From positions 54,314,001-54,378,000 of the forward strand of contig NC_086108.1 in the NCBI RefSeq assembly GCF_963921235.1: a stretch of DNA of 64,000 bases. The letters are read 5' to 3'. The position numbers were made by a program, and so were the translations under genes. The notes beneath the pieces were generated by a model that was not told the origin of the DNA, searched no databases, and saw only the letters and a list, made by a program, of their open reading frames with translations. Source of the stretch: Mobula hypostoma. Lineage: Eukaryota. The number at the start of each line of letters is the position of its first letter. Within the stretch, counting starts at the first letter, position 1. Of the stretch, positions 24,945 through 38,056 are shown one piece after another.

Positions 24945-25718
24945 GCTTAAGTTTGCTGACAACACAACTGCTGTTGGCAAATCAAAGGTGGTGACAAATC
25001 AGCATGTAGGAGGGAGATTGAAAATCTGGCTGAGTGGAGCCACAACAACAACATCTCACTCAATGTCAGCAAGACCAAGGAGCTGATTATTGACTTCAGG
25101 AGAAGGAAACTAGAGGTCCTTGAGCCAGTCCTCATTGGGAGGTCAGAGGTGGCGAGGATCAGCAACTTTAAATTCCTTGGTGTAATATCACTGGATCTGT
25201 CCTGGGCCCAACACATAAGTGCAGTCACAAAGACAAGATGGCAGCACCTCTATTTTAGAAGTTTGTGAAGATTCAGCGTGACATCTAAAACTTTGACAAA
25301 CTTCTATAGATGTGGAGAGAACATTAACTGGTTCCATCGCGGCCTTGTATGGAATCACCAATGCCCTTGAATGGAGAATCCTACAAAAGTAGTGGATATG
25401 GCCCAGTGCATCATGGGTAAAGCCCTCCCTTCTATTGGGCACATCTACACGGAGTATTGTCACAGGAAAGCAGCATCCATCATCAAGGAGCCCTGTCACC
25501 CAGGCCATGCTCTCTTTTTGCTATTGCCATTCAGAAGAGGGTACAGGATTCTCAGGATCCTCACCACCAGGTTCAGGAACAGATTAACCCTCAACCATCA
25601 GGCCTTGAACAAGTGGGAATAACTTCAATCAACTTCACTCACCCATCACTGAACTGTTCCTACAACCTGTGGACCCATTTTCAAGGACTCTTCATCTCAT
25701 GTTCATCTCATTCTCATT

Positions 25719-25755
<37 letters not shown>

Positions 25756-25885
25756 ACTCACTCACTCACTCACTCACCTACCTACCTACCTACCTACCCA
25801 CCCACCCACCCACCCTTTTGTATTTGCAGGCCAGTTGGTGACGTCAATGTACTTGGATAATAAATTTATTTTGAACTTCCAACTC
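24945..25885 (+). mobile_element. Rex1/Babar LINE 3' fragment
   Basis: Peptides KFADNTTAVG and NNISLNVSKTKELIIDFR. AATAAATTTATTTTGAACT tail. Confidence 0.85.
25707..25815 (+). repeat. Compound microsatellite (CTCATT)n(CT)n(CTCA)n(CCTA)n(CCCA)n
   Basis: Directly visible inside the Rex1 3' UTR. Confidence 0.95.
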
Positions 25886-26963
25886 TAAAAGTACTTCCAC
25901 TTGTTAGAGGGAACGAGATGATAAATGTCAGCTTGGCCAATATTGTAATCTAATTAAATCAAAGCTTTAATAATGTATGCATTTTTTTAACCATGCGTCT
26001 TATTTTGTAAAAAAATAATTTTCTTAATGGCAGCTGTTTAGGACACAAACCATTTCATGTTTGCTGGAATAGCAGAGAGATATGAGCTAATAATGGAACC
26101 TGCTTGGTATGTTTTTTAAGTCACAAGCATTGTCATTTGATCAAAATGTAAATATTTATGGTATTGCAGAAACTATCTCCAGTCAAAGCTGGTGCTCAGA
26201 TATGAAATGTGAGGAGGAAGTGAGGAGTTTGACTTTAGTTGTAAGGAACCTGATATTTGTATTTGATCATCAGATTTCAATTTTATCTTTCAATCACTCT
26301 AAATGTATTCTACTTATCTTTAAATCAGCTCGCTTGAATTATGCTTAGTTCACTCAATAGCTCCTCTACACCATGTCAGCCCTAGATAGAGATGTGGGCC
26401 TCAGTGAATCTTGCTATCCAATGAGACCTATGAAGTTATTGATGAGATCTAGCAAGCCCTAATTGATAACTAAGCTGTGGGTAGTTTCAGACTGAGACTT
26501 CACATTAGAAAGATTTGATGACTTTAATAGGGGCTGGGAAATAAAATCTCATTTCTTTTGAGCCTAAATACTCATAACAGTGTGTTTTTTAATGTTTCTG
26601 ACATTTTATTTGAAGAAATTCTAAATATACTTAGAATTTAAATATTAAAGTGCAAATAATTAAAAATAATAAAATGTTTTCCTGTTTTAAGTGTCCTTAT
26701 TTGTTTTTAATACTTGGCTTCCATTTGTGGATGCTTTTTAAGTGAATAGGAGATTCTCTTTATAAGCCAGCTCTGTACTTCAGATCCAGGGTGTACTTAT
26801 ATGCAATCTTTCAAAATCACTGGCTGCAGCCTGCACGGTTCAACCTAATATCATTCTATGTGAGTCAAGAAAATAGTTGATTTTTTAAAACAGTTCAACT
26901 TCCATAATGGCTGATTAGTAGAAGAAAATAAACTTGTTAATTCAAAGTCTTGTTTCTGTGCAG

Positions 26964-27078
26964 AATGCTGCAGTGAGCAACCAATCGTTATTGCTAGGAG
27001 TCCCACCAAATGATCTAAAAATACCAAACAATCCCTATCTTAACTTTTGCAATATGCTGCCAAGTCCGAATTTTCATG
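26964..27078 (+). CDS. RAVER2: RAVER-family exon: NAAVSNQSLLLGVPPNDLKIPNNPYLNFCNMLPSPNFH
   Basis: ttctgtgcAG acceptor and G|GTGAGT donor. 115 nt, phase 0-1. Matches the conserved RAVER SLLGEPP...NPYLNL block. Confidence 0.9.
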
Positions 27079-27520
27079 GTGAGTAATCTGAGGAGGTGTA
27101 CATTCTGTTAATGGGAATTAACTTGGGATGTGTGTTTGTAGAGTGGGGTCTATGGAAAGATGTGGAGGTGTTGGTGTGGAGGCATGGGGTGCTGTGACGA
27201 AGGAGGAAACTGGCTAGAATTTATGTGACGACAACAAGGGGATTTTCTTCACAACCATCAGAACTTGCTGCCTTCTCTTCCCCTGTACAGCCAGTCTGAT
27301 TAAGCAAAACAATGGACGTATTCATATCAGGTAGCTTCAGTGAAGATAGAAGCAATTTAAAACTTTAGATAAGTGAACATTTTAGTATTAAGGTTATGCT
27401 GACCTTAGTATTTCCAACCTTTTCTGTATAATCCCATGTTTTATGTGCAGTATTTTGCTGTTATTGTTGGTTTAAATTTTTGTACCAATTTGAAACCATT
27501 TTTATTTTAAATCCTTTCAG

Positions 27521-27687
27521 TTGGAAATGCTAATAAGCACACTCCTGTACAACAGCATGATGCAGTTCTGGAATCCATATTGAATCCAGCCATTTCTAGA
27601 GCAGCCAAAAAGTTGCAGACCTCTGCTTCACAGTGCACATTTGACTGTTATACTACGTATGCACCCAACTATGGGGATTATACACAG
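27521..27687 (+). CDS. RAVER2: RAVER-family exon: (V)GNANKHTP...ESILNPAISR...YAPNYGDYTQ
   Basis: atcctttcAG acceptor and CAG|GTAGTG donor. 167 nt, phase 1-0. Resembles recalled RAVER2 SSILDAIS...YSPPFGDYAQ. Confidence 0.85.
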
Positions 27688-27976
27688 GTAGTGTCACAGA
27701 TGCCCATCTGTATTAGTTGAATGTCAAAGTTGTCTTTTAATTTAACTGCAGTTTTCCTGTTGTTCCAAGGACAGAAATCATTAGTCTGAACAGCTTTTTT
27801 TCTCCTACATTTTAAACAAGTGATTTGGATACACAACTTTTTAGAAGTGCTGAACAGAACATGTCAAAATCTGCTCATCTTATCTGGGAATTGTAGATAC
27901 AAAACTTATTGCAGCACATATAGTGGTTCTCTTATAATGGTGAGCTCTTAGGTACTTCATGTAAGAGGCTTATATA

Positions 27977-28546
27977 CACTAAATGGCCACTTCATTGGGT
28001 ACACTTTGCTAATGCAAATATCAAATAGCCAGTCATGTGGCAGCAACTGAATGCATAAAAGCATGCAGACGGGGTCAAAAGGTTCAGTTGTTCGGACCAA
28101 ACAACAGAATGGGGAAGAAATGTGATCTAAGTTGTTTGAATAGCTCAGAAATTGCTATTCTCCTGAGATTTACACACACAACTTTCATTAGTGTTTACAG
28201 AGAATAGTGGTGGAAAAGCAAGAAACATCTAATGAGCAGCAGTTCCATAGGCGAAAATGTCTTGTTAATGAGAGGACTCAGAAGAATGGGCAGACTGGTT
28301 CAAGCTGACAGGAAGGCAGTAGTAACTGAAATAAGACCATAAGATAAAGGAGCAGAAGTCGGCCATTTGGCCCATCAAGTCTGCTCCACCATTTTATCAT
28401 GAGCTGATAACTACCCATTACAACTGTGGTATGCAGAAGAGCATCTCTAACCATAAATAACATGTTGAACCTTGAAGTGGATGGGATATAACAGATGAAC
28501 ACCATACCAGGTTCCACTCCTATACCTAATAAAGTGGCCACTGAAT
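27977..28546 (+). mobile_element. Tc1-derived non-autonomous element
   Basis: TIR CACT.A.TGGCCACTT.ATT / AATAAAGTGGCCACTGA. Internal ATGGGGAAGAAATGTGATCTAAG is shared with the copies at 36300 and 41756. Confidence 0.75.
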
Positions 28547-28667
28547 ATTTGTGCCACATAGAAATGAGCTGAAAGTTGTCCAGATGACAAGTTTCATTAA
28601 AGAAAAGCTTTATATATAAACTGTTTTCTTCTTGCATTCCAATATGTTCCATTTTCCATTATAGTTT

Positions 28668-29112
28668 ATCGTCACTGATATACAGTATGTCATCAAATTT
28701 GATTTTTTGGCAGCAGTACTGTGCAATACATCAAAAATACTATAAGCTGCACTGCAAAATATAAAAAAAAGTAATCGAAAAAGTGAGATAGTGTCCATTC
28801 AGAAGTCTGATGGCAGAGGGGAAGAAGCTGTTCCTAAGAAGTAGTGTGTGCATTTTCAGGCTCCTGTACTTCCTGATGATAGCAATGAGAAGATGGTATG
28901 TCCTGGATGGTGAGTGTCCTTAATGATGAATGTCACCTTGAGGCATCACCTATTGCAGATGTCCTCAGTGGTGGGGAGGCTAGTGCTTCTGATGGAGCTA
29001 GCTATGTTACAACTCTCTGCAGCATTTTCTGATCCTGTGCAGTGGCCTCTCCATACCAGACGCTAATGCAAGCAGTCAGAATGCTCTCGGTAGATCTATA
29101 GAAATTTGCTAG
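28668..29112 (-). mobile_element. Rex1/Babar 3' fragment
   Basis: Similar to the 3' portion of 14393-15606. Confidence 0.6.
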
Positions 29113-29271
29113 TAACTATACTTCCAACTGGATCAATTCTGTTTATGTTCAACAGTTCATTCATCTTTTATGGTTCACATTGCTGCCCTTCATGTTGTCA
29201 AAATATATTTAAATGGTGGTCAATATGATGCAGACTTCATTGAAGTATAAATCATCATTCCAAAAAAACCA

Positions 29272-29670
29272 TAAGATATAGGAGCAAATAAGGCTGTTCG
29301 GCCCATCAATTTTGCCATTCAATCATGGCTGTTTTCTTTCTTCTCTCAACCCCATGTACTCGTCTTCCCCCTGTAATCCTTAATTCTTTTACCAGCCAAG
29401 AACCTATCCATCTCTGCCTTAAATGCACTCAATGACTGCTTCCTCAGCCCTCTGGTAACAAATTCCACAGATACACCATTCTTTGGCTGATGAAATCCAT
29501 CCTCATCTCAGTTTTAAAGGGCTGTCTTGTTATTCTAAGGTTATGCCCTCAGATCCTAGTCCCTCTTACTAATGAGAACATCCTCTCCATGTCTACTCTA
29601 TCCAGGCCTTTCAGTATTTGGCAAGTTTTAACATGATTTTTTTCCCCACCCTCCCCAATCCTTCTGAATT
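29272..29670 (-). mobile_element. CR1 3' end fragment
   Basis: Reverse complement of the CR1 3' ORF2/UTR seen at ~62760-63130. Confidence 0.7.
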
Positions 29671-29927
29671 CCACAGTACTTGAATTTACTCTTTGATTCA
29701 CAATGCAGAACATTCTAATTTGCAGTGTCCTTTGGATTCAATTAAATGAATTCTAGCTGGTTTCTTATCAAATGCTTTGCTATTTTGGTGTTTTAACTAC
29801 ATCTTTTACTTGGTTATCTATGAACAATTGCTTTTGATTATGGAACTTTGTTACGTTATGAAAGATGAATTCACTGCCACTATTTCTTTTCAGTCTGGAA
29901 ATTGTGAACCTGTCTATATGTTTATAG

Positions 29928-30017
29928 GAGACCATGCAACAGTGGCACCAGAATTCTGTAACATCTCACAACTCTTCTGAGGCATTTATTCCAGAGTGTG
30001 GAAAAGAACAATGTGAG
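29928..30017 (+). CDS. RAVER2: Candidate RAVER exon with GC donor: ETMQQWHQNSVTSHNSSEAFIPECGKEQCE
   Basis: tgtttatAG acceptor and GAG|GCAAGT donor (GC-AG consensus). 90 nt, open, phase 0-0. Confidence 0.55.
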
Positions 30018-30659
30018 GCAAGTAAAATTTCAATTGGATTCCATTCAGTAATTTTGCTGTGATGTTTCAGTTCAGGTCAGAAATTACTTGGTTTAGATTC
30101 AACCCTTCACTGTTGCTCCATTGCTCCAACATGCTCTGTCATTATATAAGAACACTCTTAAATTGTGCCATGGTGTCTGTGTGCTTTTGCTTGGCAGAGG
30201 CTGTGGCAGTGGTAAGTGCAATGCTGGTAGCCTTTAAGATCAATGATAACTTCACATAAAAGCCATCCAAACACTGAATCAGTTGCCTAAGAAAAAAAAT
30301 ACATGATTTATAATATAAACTGAATTGCTGCTTTGACATTTTGTGCTCTTAGGGGCAATTTATCCAAAGGGTTCTGGGAATGTGCAATGTCTAAAATGTA
30401 ACTGATAACTTAGAAAGAATCATCCTTTGGAATTACTACTGAGAAAAGTGAAATACTTTCTTACTCAATATCTTCTGTAAAGCAAATATCATCACCTTTT
30501 CAAAGTGGTGCAATCAAATCATTGTGATTTCTCTTTATGCCAGCTGGGCTCTTGTCTTTGTACTAAAAGGTGATCAGTTCAATTCCCACTTCGAGGACTT
30601 AATCACAAAAATGTAGGCTGACGTTCTACAAACGTAATTTATCTATGAGTACTAAATTA

Positions 30660-31790
30660 GAGCACAGTACAGCATAGGAATGGGCTCTTCGGCCCACCAT
30701 ACATGTGTGAAGTGTGTAGCATGGTAGCGTAATGGTTAGCACAATGCTTTACAGTACAGATGACCTGGTTCAATTCCCACCGCTACCTGTAAGGAGTTTG
30801 TAAGTTATCCTTGTGACTGCTTTGGTTTCCTCCGGGTGCTCCGGTTTCCTCCCACCATCCAAAGAGGTACCAATTGGTAGGTTAATTGATCATTGTAAAT
30901 TGACCCATGATTAGGCTGTGATTAAATAAGGGTGGGTGGTGTGGCTAGAGGGCATATTCCATGCTGTATCTCAATAAATAAATAAAAGTAAATGTTATCC
31001 TGAATAATTATAGTAATGACACCTAATTAATCTAATTTCTTCAGCCTGCATTAGATCCTTACTCCTCAATCTTTTACATATTCATGTGTCTCATAAGAGC
31101 CTCATAAACGCTTCTATCATATCTACCTCCACCACAGCTACCGGGAGTGCACTGCAAGCACCACTGTAATAAAGCAAAACTTACCCAATGCATCTCCCAT
31201 GCATATCCCTTGAACTTTGTCCCTCTGATCTTAAATGCATGCCATTTAGTATTAGACATTTCCACCTGGGGAGGGGGGAGTGGAGATAAAATACCATCTG
31301 TCTCTTTATGCCTCTCATAATCTTATAAACTATCAGGTCTTCCCAAGCCCTATACTACTCCAGAGAACATCGCCCTAGTTTGTACAACCTCTCCTTGTAC
31401 CACCTGTCCTGTAGTCCAGGCAGCATTCCAGTAAGACTTTCTGCATTTTCCCCATAGTCTTTTTGACCTTCCTATAATAGGATGACAAGAATTGAATGCA
31501 ATACTCTAGATGCAGCTGAGCTAGAGTTTTATAATGCTGCCATGTAACTTCCTGATCCTTGAACTCAATGCCTCGACTAATAAAGAGCAGCATGCGATAT
31601 GCCATCTTTACCACTCTATCGACTTGTGCAACCACGTAGAGGGAGCTATGGAAATGCACCACAAAATCCCTCTGTTAAAGATATTGCCTTTGATTGTGTA
31701 TTGTTCCTTTACATTTGATCTACCAAAGTACAACACCTCACACTTGCTTGGATTAAACTCAACCTGTCATTTCTACAACTGAGCTGATAT
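30660..31790 (-). mobile_element. Decayed CR1 3' fragment containing a SINE
   Basis: ORF 31375..31662 reads VDRVVKMAYRML.FISRGIEFK...HLEYCIQF. Confidence 0.75.
30716..30986 (+). mobile_element. V-domain tRNA-derived SINE (HE1-like)
   Basis: A-box-like GGTAGCGTAATGG, B-box GGTTCAATTCC, V-domain GTTTCCTCCGGGTGCTCCGGTTTCCTCCCAC and an (ATAA)n tail. Confidence 0.85.
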
Positions 31791-31856
31791 CCAGCTGAAT
31801 CCTTTGGCAATTTTTATGTTATCCGCAATCCATTCATTCACATGTTTATTCAAGTT

Positions 31857-33439
31857 AAGATGTCCCCTGCTTTTCGAACGTTCGCTTTACGAAACCTCAC
31901 TGTTACGAAAGACCTACATTAGCTACCTGTTTTTGCTAACAGAAGGTGTTTTCGCTGTTACGAAAAAAGGCAGCGCGCGAAAAAAAGCAGCGTGCGCCCC
32001 GAGCAGCCGCTTCTCCTCCAGATTCGGAAATGCATTCTCGTCGGCATTGCTTAAACATGTGCCTGTGAGCAGCCATTAGCAAGATGAGTTCTAAGGTATC
32101 GGAAAAGCCTGAAAGAGCTCATAAGGGTGTTACACTTAGCGTAAAACTAGACATAATTAAGCGTTTTGATCGTGGTGAACCAAGTAAGGACAAAGTGAGT
32201 TTGGCTTGTGGAAATTGACGAAGATGATATTGAAGAGGTTTTGGCATCCCATGACCAAGAACTAATAGATGAAGAGCTGATGCAATTGGAAGAGGAAAGG
32301 ATAAGAATCAAAACCAAATGCAGTAGCGAACAGACCGAAAGTAAAGTTGTCTAGGAACTGAACGTGAGGCAACTGCGTGAGATTTTCGCTGCAATGATAA
32401 AGTACGACTTTAATTTTGAAAGGGTACATCAGTTTAGGGCATATTTGCAGGATGGTTAGAGTGCTTACAAAGAACTGTATGATCTAAAAATGCGCGAGGC
32501 TAGCAGTCAAGCAAGCCTTCCACATCAGCCACAGCAGACAACGAACCTCGACCTTCGATATCGAGGCAGGCAGATATAGAAGAGGATGACCTGCCTGCCC
32601 TGATGGAAACAGACGACACCTCAGTTTCCCACCACCCCAACCCCCAGGCCGCGGACAGATACCGATCCCGAAGAATGCAGCGGTAGCCGGGACACACCCA
32701 GCACATCTTTAAGAAAAAAGCTAAAATAAGCAAGCTAATTAATTAGGCGCCGTCTGGCATGTAAATGTCGGCCCAGATCAGAGACGATTGCCGATTGCGT
32801 TGCCTCTGATCTGGGCCGACATTTACATGCCGGGTGGCACCTAATTAATTAGTTTGTTTGTTTCGGCTTTTTTCTTGAAGATGTGCTGGGTGCGATCCGG
32901 CTGCCGCTGTACACCTGCATGCTTCGCAGATCGGTATCAGTTTGCTACCCAGAGGGTAGGGGCCATTGCACCAATCCAGCCTCCGACGACTCAGCCTAAC
33001 ACACCATCATCAGTGTGCTCGGCACTGTCCCAATTCCGGTAAGTGATACTACACTGTACATACATTATTTCTACTTTATATCGGCTGTGTATTTTTATGT
33101 GTTATTTGGTATGATTTGGCAACTTCATAGCTTAAAGGTTACTGGAGAGCGCCTGTGTGAGATTTTCGCTACGGAGAACAGTGCGGTAATGATTGTGGAG
33201 AAGTATTTCTACTTTATATAGGATGTGTATTCATCATATCATTCCTGCTTTTACTATATGTTACTGTTATTTTAGGTTTTATGTGTTATTTGGCATGATT
33301 TGGTTGGTTATTTTTGGGTCTGCGAACGCTCAAATTTTTCCCATATAAATAAATGGTGATTGCTTCTTCGCTTTACGACATTTCGGCTTACGAACTGTTT
33401 CATAGGAACACTCTACCTTCGGATGGTGGGGGAAACCTG
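31857..33439 (+). mobile_element. Tigger/pogo deletion derivative with internal palindrome, copy 2
   Basis: Colinear with 22192-23765. Ends GGAAACCTG|TA. Confidence 0.85.
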
Positions 33440-34269
33440 TATGTACATCAACAGAGACCCCAGTATGGATTCCTGTGGAACACATTAAGTCACAGATCTC
33501 CAGCCAGAATGCAACTCATCGACAACTATCTGTTATGGGCAAGGCAATTTTGAATTCAAATGCCAAGTCACCATAGATCTTGAGCATCTTAATTTTGTGG
33601 ATCAGCCTGCCTTGTGGAACATTGGGGAATGCCTTACAAAAGTCCCTAAACAACATCCACTGCTCTACTTTCATTATTCACCTTTGTCATCTCCTTGAAA
33701 AACTCAATCGTTCATAAGATGTGATGTATTCATGCATGAGTTGAAATGGACACTGTCGGCAATGTGTTTGACTGGGATGGAAGTGTCCACTGTAGCAAAA
33801 GATAATATTCTCTTTTTGGCACTCTAGCATTTTCGTAAGTTGTGTGTAGCCAATTTGTAATGTCCCAAAACTTCTTTAATCAATAACCTCTATATTATTA
33901 AGAAAATTAGTTATGAATCCTTCATGATAATGAAATGTGCTGCTTGTGGCTTATGTTCACCTACTGAACATAACTTCATCCTTAACAGAGGGACTTTGGT
34001 GCAATTCCATAGCTCCCTGAAAGTGGTTGCACAAATTGAGGAGGTGGTGTGGTTAAAGATGGCATATGTCATGTTTTTGTTTATTAGTCGAGGCACTGAG
34101 TTTAAGGGTCAGGAGCTTTTACTTTGATTTAAATTTTCACCTTTTGTCCTTCAGCCTCTTCCCATTGAAAAGACACTCCCATTCATTTCTGTCTTATCAT
34201 AATTTATTATTTCTTCATTGGATAAGTTTTACCTTAATTTTTTTAAGGTATTATATTTTTGCTGTTTAG

Positions 34270-34329
34270 GTACCAGCACCAACTTTTGTTAAGACATCAT
34301 TTGCTCCTCATGAAGCATTCCATAACCAG
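34270..34329 (+). CDS. RAVER2: Candidate RAVER exon: VPAPTFVKTSFAPHEAFHNQ
   Basis: tttttgctgtttAG acceptor and CAG|GTAAGA donor. 60 nt, open, phase 0-0. Confidence 0.6.
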
Positions 34330-35059
34330 GTAAGAAACTGAATATGCAGCAACTATAATCTATCACTATGTATTGCTCAGTTTCTACTTTTGTCAGAAGC
34401 TTACCAATTGCTTATATTTCATATATAATTTGCTATATGATATTAGTGAAATATTTCTCAGAGTTCCCTTGAATAACTTCCTAATGTCTAATTCAAGCCA
34501 ATAAAATATGAACAGATTCTAAATGCAAAGATAATTGCTGCCATTCCTGCTTTTCAATTTTAATTATCCAAGTTTGGTACTATGTCCCTGTCACTTGATC
34601 AATTCCTCTTTTCAGCTGGGTATTTTACATTGTGCATGTTAATCACATTTTGCAACTCCAAATCAGCTTAGCTCAACCATGTTTTATTTATTCTCCAGAG
34701 AGGTGTTTTTAAAGCTGAAGATATTTAGTTTTTATCTTTGTGTGCATTTTCCAAGTGAATTTTCATTGTTTTTTTAAATGAAGGTGTACTATATACTCAT
34801 TTTTGTTAAATATCTAAAAATCAAATGGTGTATCTTTGTCTTTTTCATCTGTAGGATTAGGGAATATTGAGTGTGTTATCCAGTTATTATGCAAACTAGC
34901 ATTTCCGCTAAATTTTAATGTTTGGAGAATTTTTGGTATTATTGATCAGGTTTGCGGTTACTGTAGTCTCAAAAGCAATTCGACTCCTGATTGGACTAAT
35001 GGGGTTGTAATTAGAATGCTTATGCAAGTGCACAGAATATAAATCAATGTATATATTTC

Positions 35060-35657
35060 AAGAGAAGATCTGCAGAATGCTGCAAGTCCAAAGGAACACA
35101 CACAGAATGCTGGAGGATCTCAGCAGGCCAGGCAGGATCTATGGAAATGAGTAAACATTATTCATTTTTGTTCATTGTTCATTATTCCTGACATTCCGAG
35201 ATATCAGTCCATGCATGGCCTCCTGTACTGCCACGATGAGGCCACATGCAGATTGGAGGAGCAATACATAATATTGCATCCAGGTAGCCTCCAACCAGAT
35301 GGCATGAACATAGTTTCCTTCAACATCCAGTAATGCCTTGCCCCCTTCACCATTCCTATTTCCCTCTCTCATCTTATTTCCTTACCTGTCCATCAACCCA
35401 TCTGGTGCTCCTACCCCTTAAGCCCTTTAAATCTTTCACCAATCAACTTCCCAGCTCTTTGATTCACCTTCCCCGTTCCCAGTTTCACCTATAACCTGCC
35501 ACCTTGTACTTCTTCCCCGCCCCCTCATCTTCTTACTCTGACTTTTCTTTCTTTCCAGTCCTGATGAAGGGTCTCAGTCCAAAACATCAACAATTTACTC
35601 TTTTCCATAGGTGCTGCCTAGCCTGTGGAGTTCCTCCAGGATTGGGTGTGTGTTGCT
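35060..35657 (+). mobile_element. Old PLE 3' fragment with short inverted 5' arm and degenerate hammerhead (35556-35592)
   Basis: GIY-YIG C-terminal remnant (HGLLYCHDEA..RLEEQ...SLQPDGMN). CTGATGA...AAAACATC remnant core. 35060-35160 is an inverted tail copy. Confidence 0.75.
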
Positions 35658-36299
35658 ATACATATATTTAAAAAGCCTTTTATTATATTTTGTATGTAGT
35701 GCAGTTTACTTGTGCTGTTTTTAGATTGGCAGCTGTTTATAACAAATTAATTTCTGAAAGATGGGGTGCTTGGCACTACATAAATGAATGATGGTTCAGA
35801 ACTACTTAATGTTATAATATTTTGTGACCATTGAAATGTTGTAAATTACTTGGTAAGATACCGTCCTATGACCTAGGGGATGTTGCAGTGTCTAATTCTT
35901 TGGAAATAGGACAGGCGGAATATAAGGTCCATCTGCAGTGCTGAGCGATTCATGTTAAGCTCAATACCATAATTTTATTGGTCATTAAAGAGTTTGCATT
36001 GTTTGAGTATTGCTATAATTGGATGTAATTTAAGCAAAAAATGAATAAGATAGATTTATGGTAGACTAATTGCCATTGACATTCACTAAATTGATTCTTA
36101 CGTTGAGAAACCAAGCAGACTCATTCTAAATTCAAATTTAAGATGAGAGATGTGCTCATTGAAACAAAATTATTATGGGGCTTGACAGGGTAAATGCAGG
36201 GATGATCTTTTCTGAACACTTCTCAAAGTAAGGCGTCAAAGTCTAAGAAAGTTGAGATCAAAGTAAGTCAAAGTAAAATTTATTATCAAAGTGTGTATA

Positions 36300-36793
36300 C
36301 AGTCTGTGGCCACTTTATTAGATACACCTGTACACCTGTTCGTTAATGCAGATATCTCATCAGCCAATCACGTGCAACAACTCAAGAGGTTCAGTTGTCC
36401 AGACCAAACATCAGAATGGGGAAGAAATGTGATCTAAGTGACTGATCATGGAATGATTGTTGCTGCCAGACAGGGTGGTTTGAGAACTTCTGAAATTGCT
36501 GATCTCCGGGAATTTTTACACTCAACAGTCTCTAGAGTTTACAGAGAATTGTACGCAAAACATAAAACATCCAGTGAGTGGTAGTTCTGTGGGCAAAATT
36601 GCTTTGTTACTGAGAGAGGTCAGAGGCAGACTGGTTCAAGCTGACAGGAACTCAAATAACCACGCATTACAACAATGGTGTGCAGAAGAGTATTTCTGAA
36701 TGCACAACAGGTAAATTTTGAAGTGGATGGGCTACAGCAGCAGGAGACTTCACCAAGTTCCATTTCTGTGGCCCCTTTATAAGTACACTCCTG
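36300..36793 (+). mobile_element. Tc1-derived non-autonomous element
   Basis: Same family as 27977-28546. Confidence 0.7.
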
Positions 36794-36795
36794 TA

Positions 36796-38056
36796 CAGTG
36801 ACTATAAAAAGAATTCAACCCCCTTGGAAATTTTCATGTTTTATTGTTTTACAACATTGAATCACAGTGGATTTAATTTGGCTTTTTTTGACACTAATCA
36901 ACAAAAAAACTTATGTCAAAGTGAAAACAGATCTCTATAAAGTGATCTAAATTAATTACAAATATAAAACACAAAATACTTGATTGTATCAGTATTCACC
37001 CCCTTTAATATGACACACCAGATCATCACTGGTGCAGCTAATTGGTTTTAGAAGTCACATAATTAGTTAAGTTAAGGTCTGTTTTTGGAGACCTGTGTGC
37101 AGTCAAGGTGTTTCAATTAACTGTAGTAAAATACACCTGTATCTGGAAGGTCCAACTGTTGGTGAGTCAATATCCTGACCAAAACTACACCATGAAGACA
37201 AAAGAGCACTCCAAGCAACTCTATGAAAAGGTTATTGAAAAGCACAGGTCAGGAGATGGATACAAGAAAATTTCCAAGTCCCTGTTATCCCTTGGATTAC
37301 ATTTAAGGTAATTATCAAGAAATAGAAAGAATATGGCACAGCTGTAAATCTGTCTAGAACAGACATGCTCAAAAATTGAGTGACTATGCAAGAAGGGGAT
37401 GAGTGGGGGAGTTCACCAAGAGACCTATAACAACTCTAGAGGAGTTACAAGCTCCAGTGGCTGAGACAGGAGAGACTGTGCATACAACAGCTGTTGCCCT
37501 GGTGCTTCACCAGTTGCAGTTTTATGTGAGAGTGGCAAAGAGAAAGCCACTGTTGGGGGGTGGGGGAAGCTCACATGAAATTTCAGCTTGAGTTTGCCAG
37601 AAGACATGGCAAAAGTCTCTCTGAAGTCAGCTGGAAGAAGGTTCAATGGTCTGATGAAAGCAAAACTGAACTGTTTGGCATGAGCCAAACATCGCACATC
37701 ATCAAAAACAACCATCTCTGCCGTGAAGCATGGTGGTGGTGACTGTGGCATGCTGTGGGGATGCTTCACTGCAGCAGGCCGTGGTAGGCTTGTGAAGGTA
37801 GAGGGTAAAATGAATGCAGCAAAATACAGGAAAATCCTGGAGGAAAACCTGATGCAGTTTTCAAGAGAACTGTGACTTGGGAGATTTGTTTACCCAGCAA
37901 GACAATGACCCCAAGCATAAAACCAAAACTACACAGGAATGGCTTAAGAACAACAAAGGTAAAACAAAAGCCAAATTAGATCCCCTGTGATTCAATGTTG
38001 TAAAACAGTATAATATGAAAGCTTCCAAGGGGGTTGAATACTTTTCATAGCTACTG
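36796..38056 (+). mobile_element. Tc1 DNA transposon, decayed and internally deleted
   Basis: TA flanks and ~90-bp TIRs. Peptides MKTKEHSKQL.EKVIEKHRSGDGYKKISKSL, WSDESKTELFG, VKHGGG and QQDNDPKH. Confidence 0.9.
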
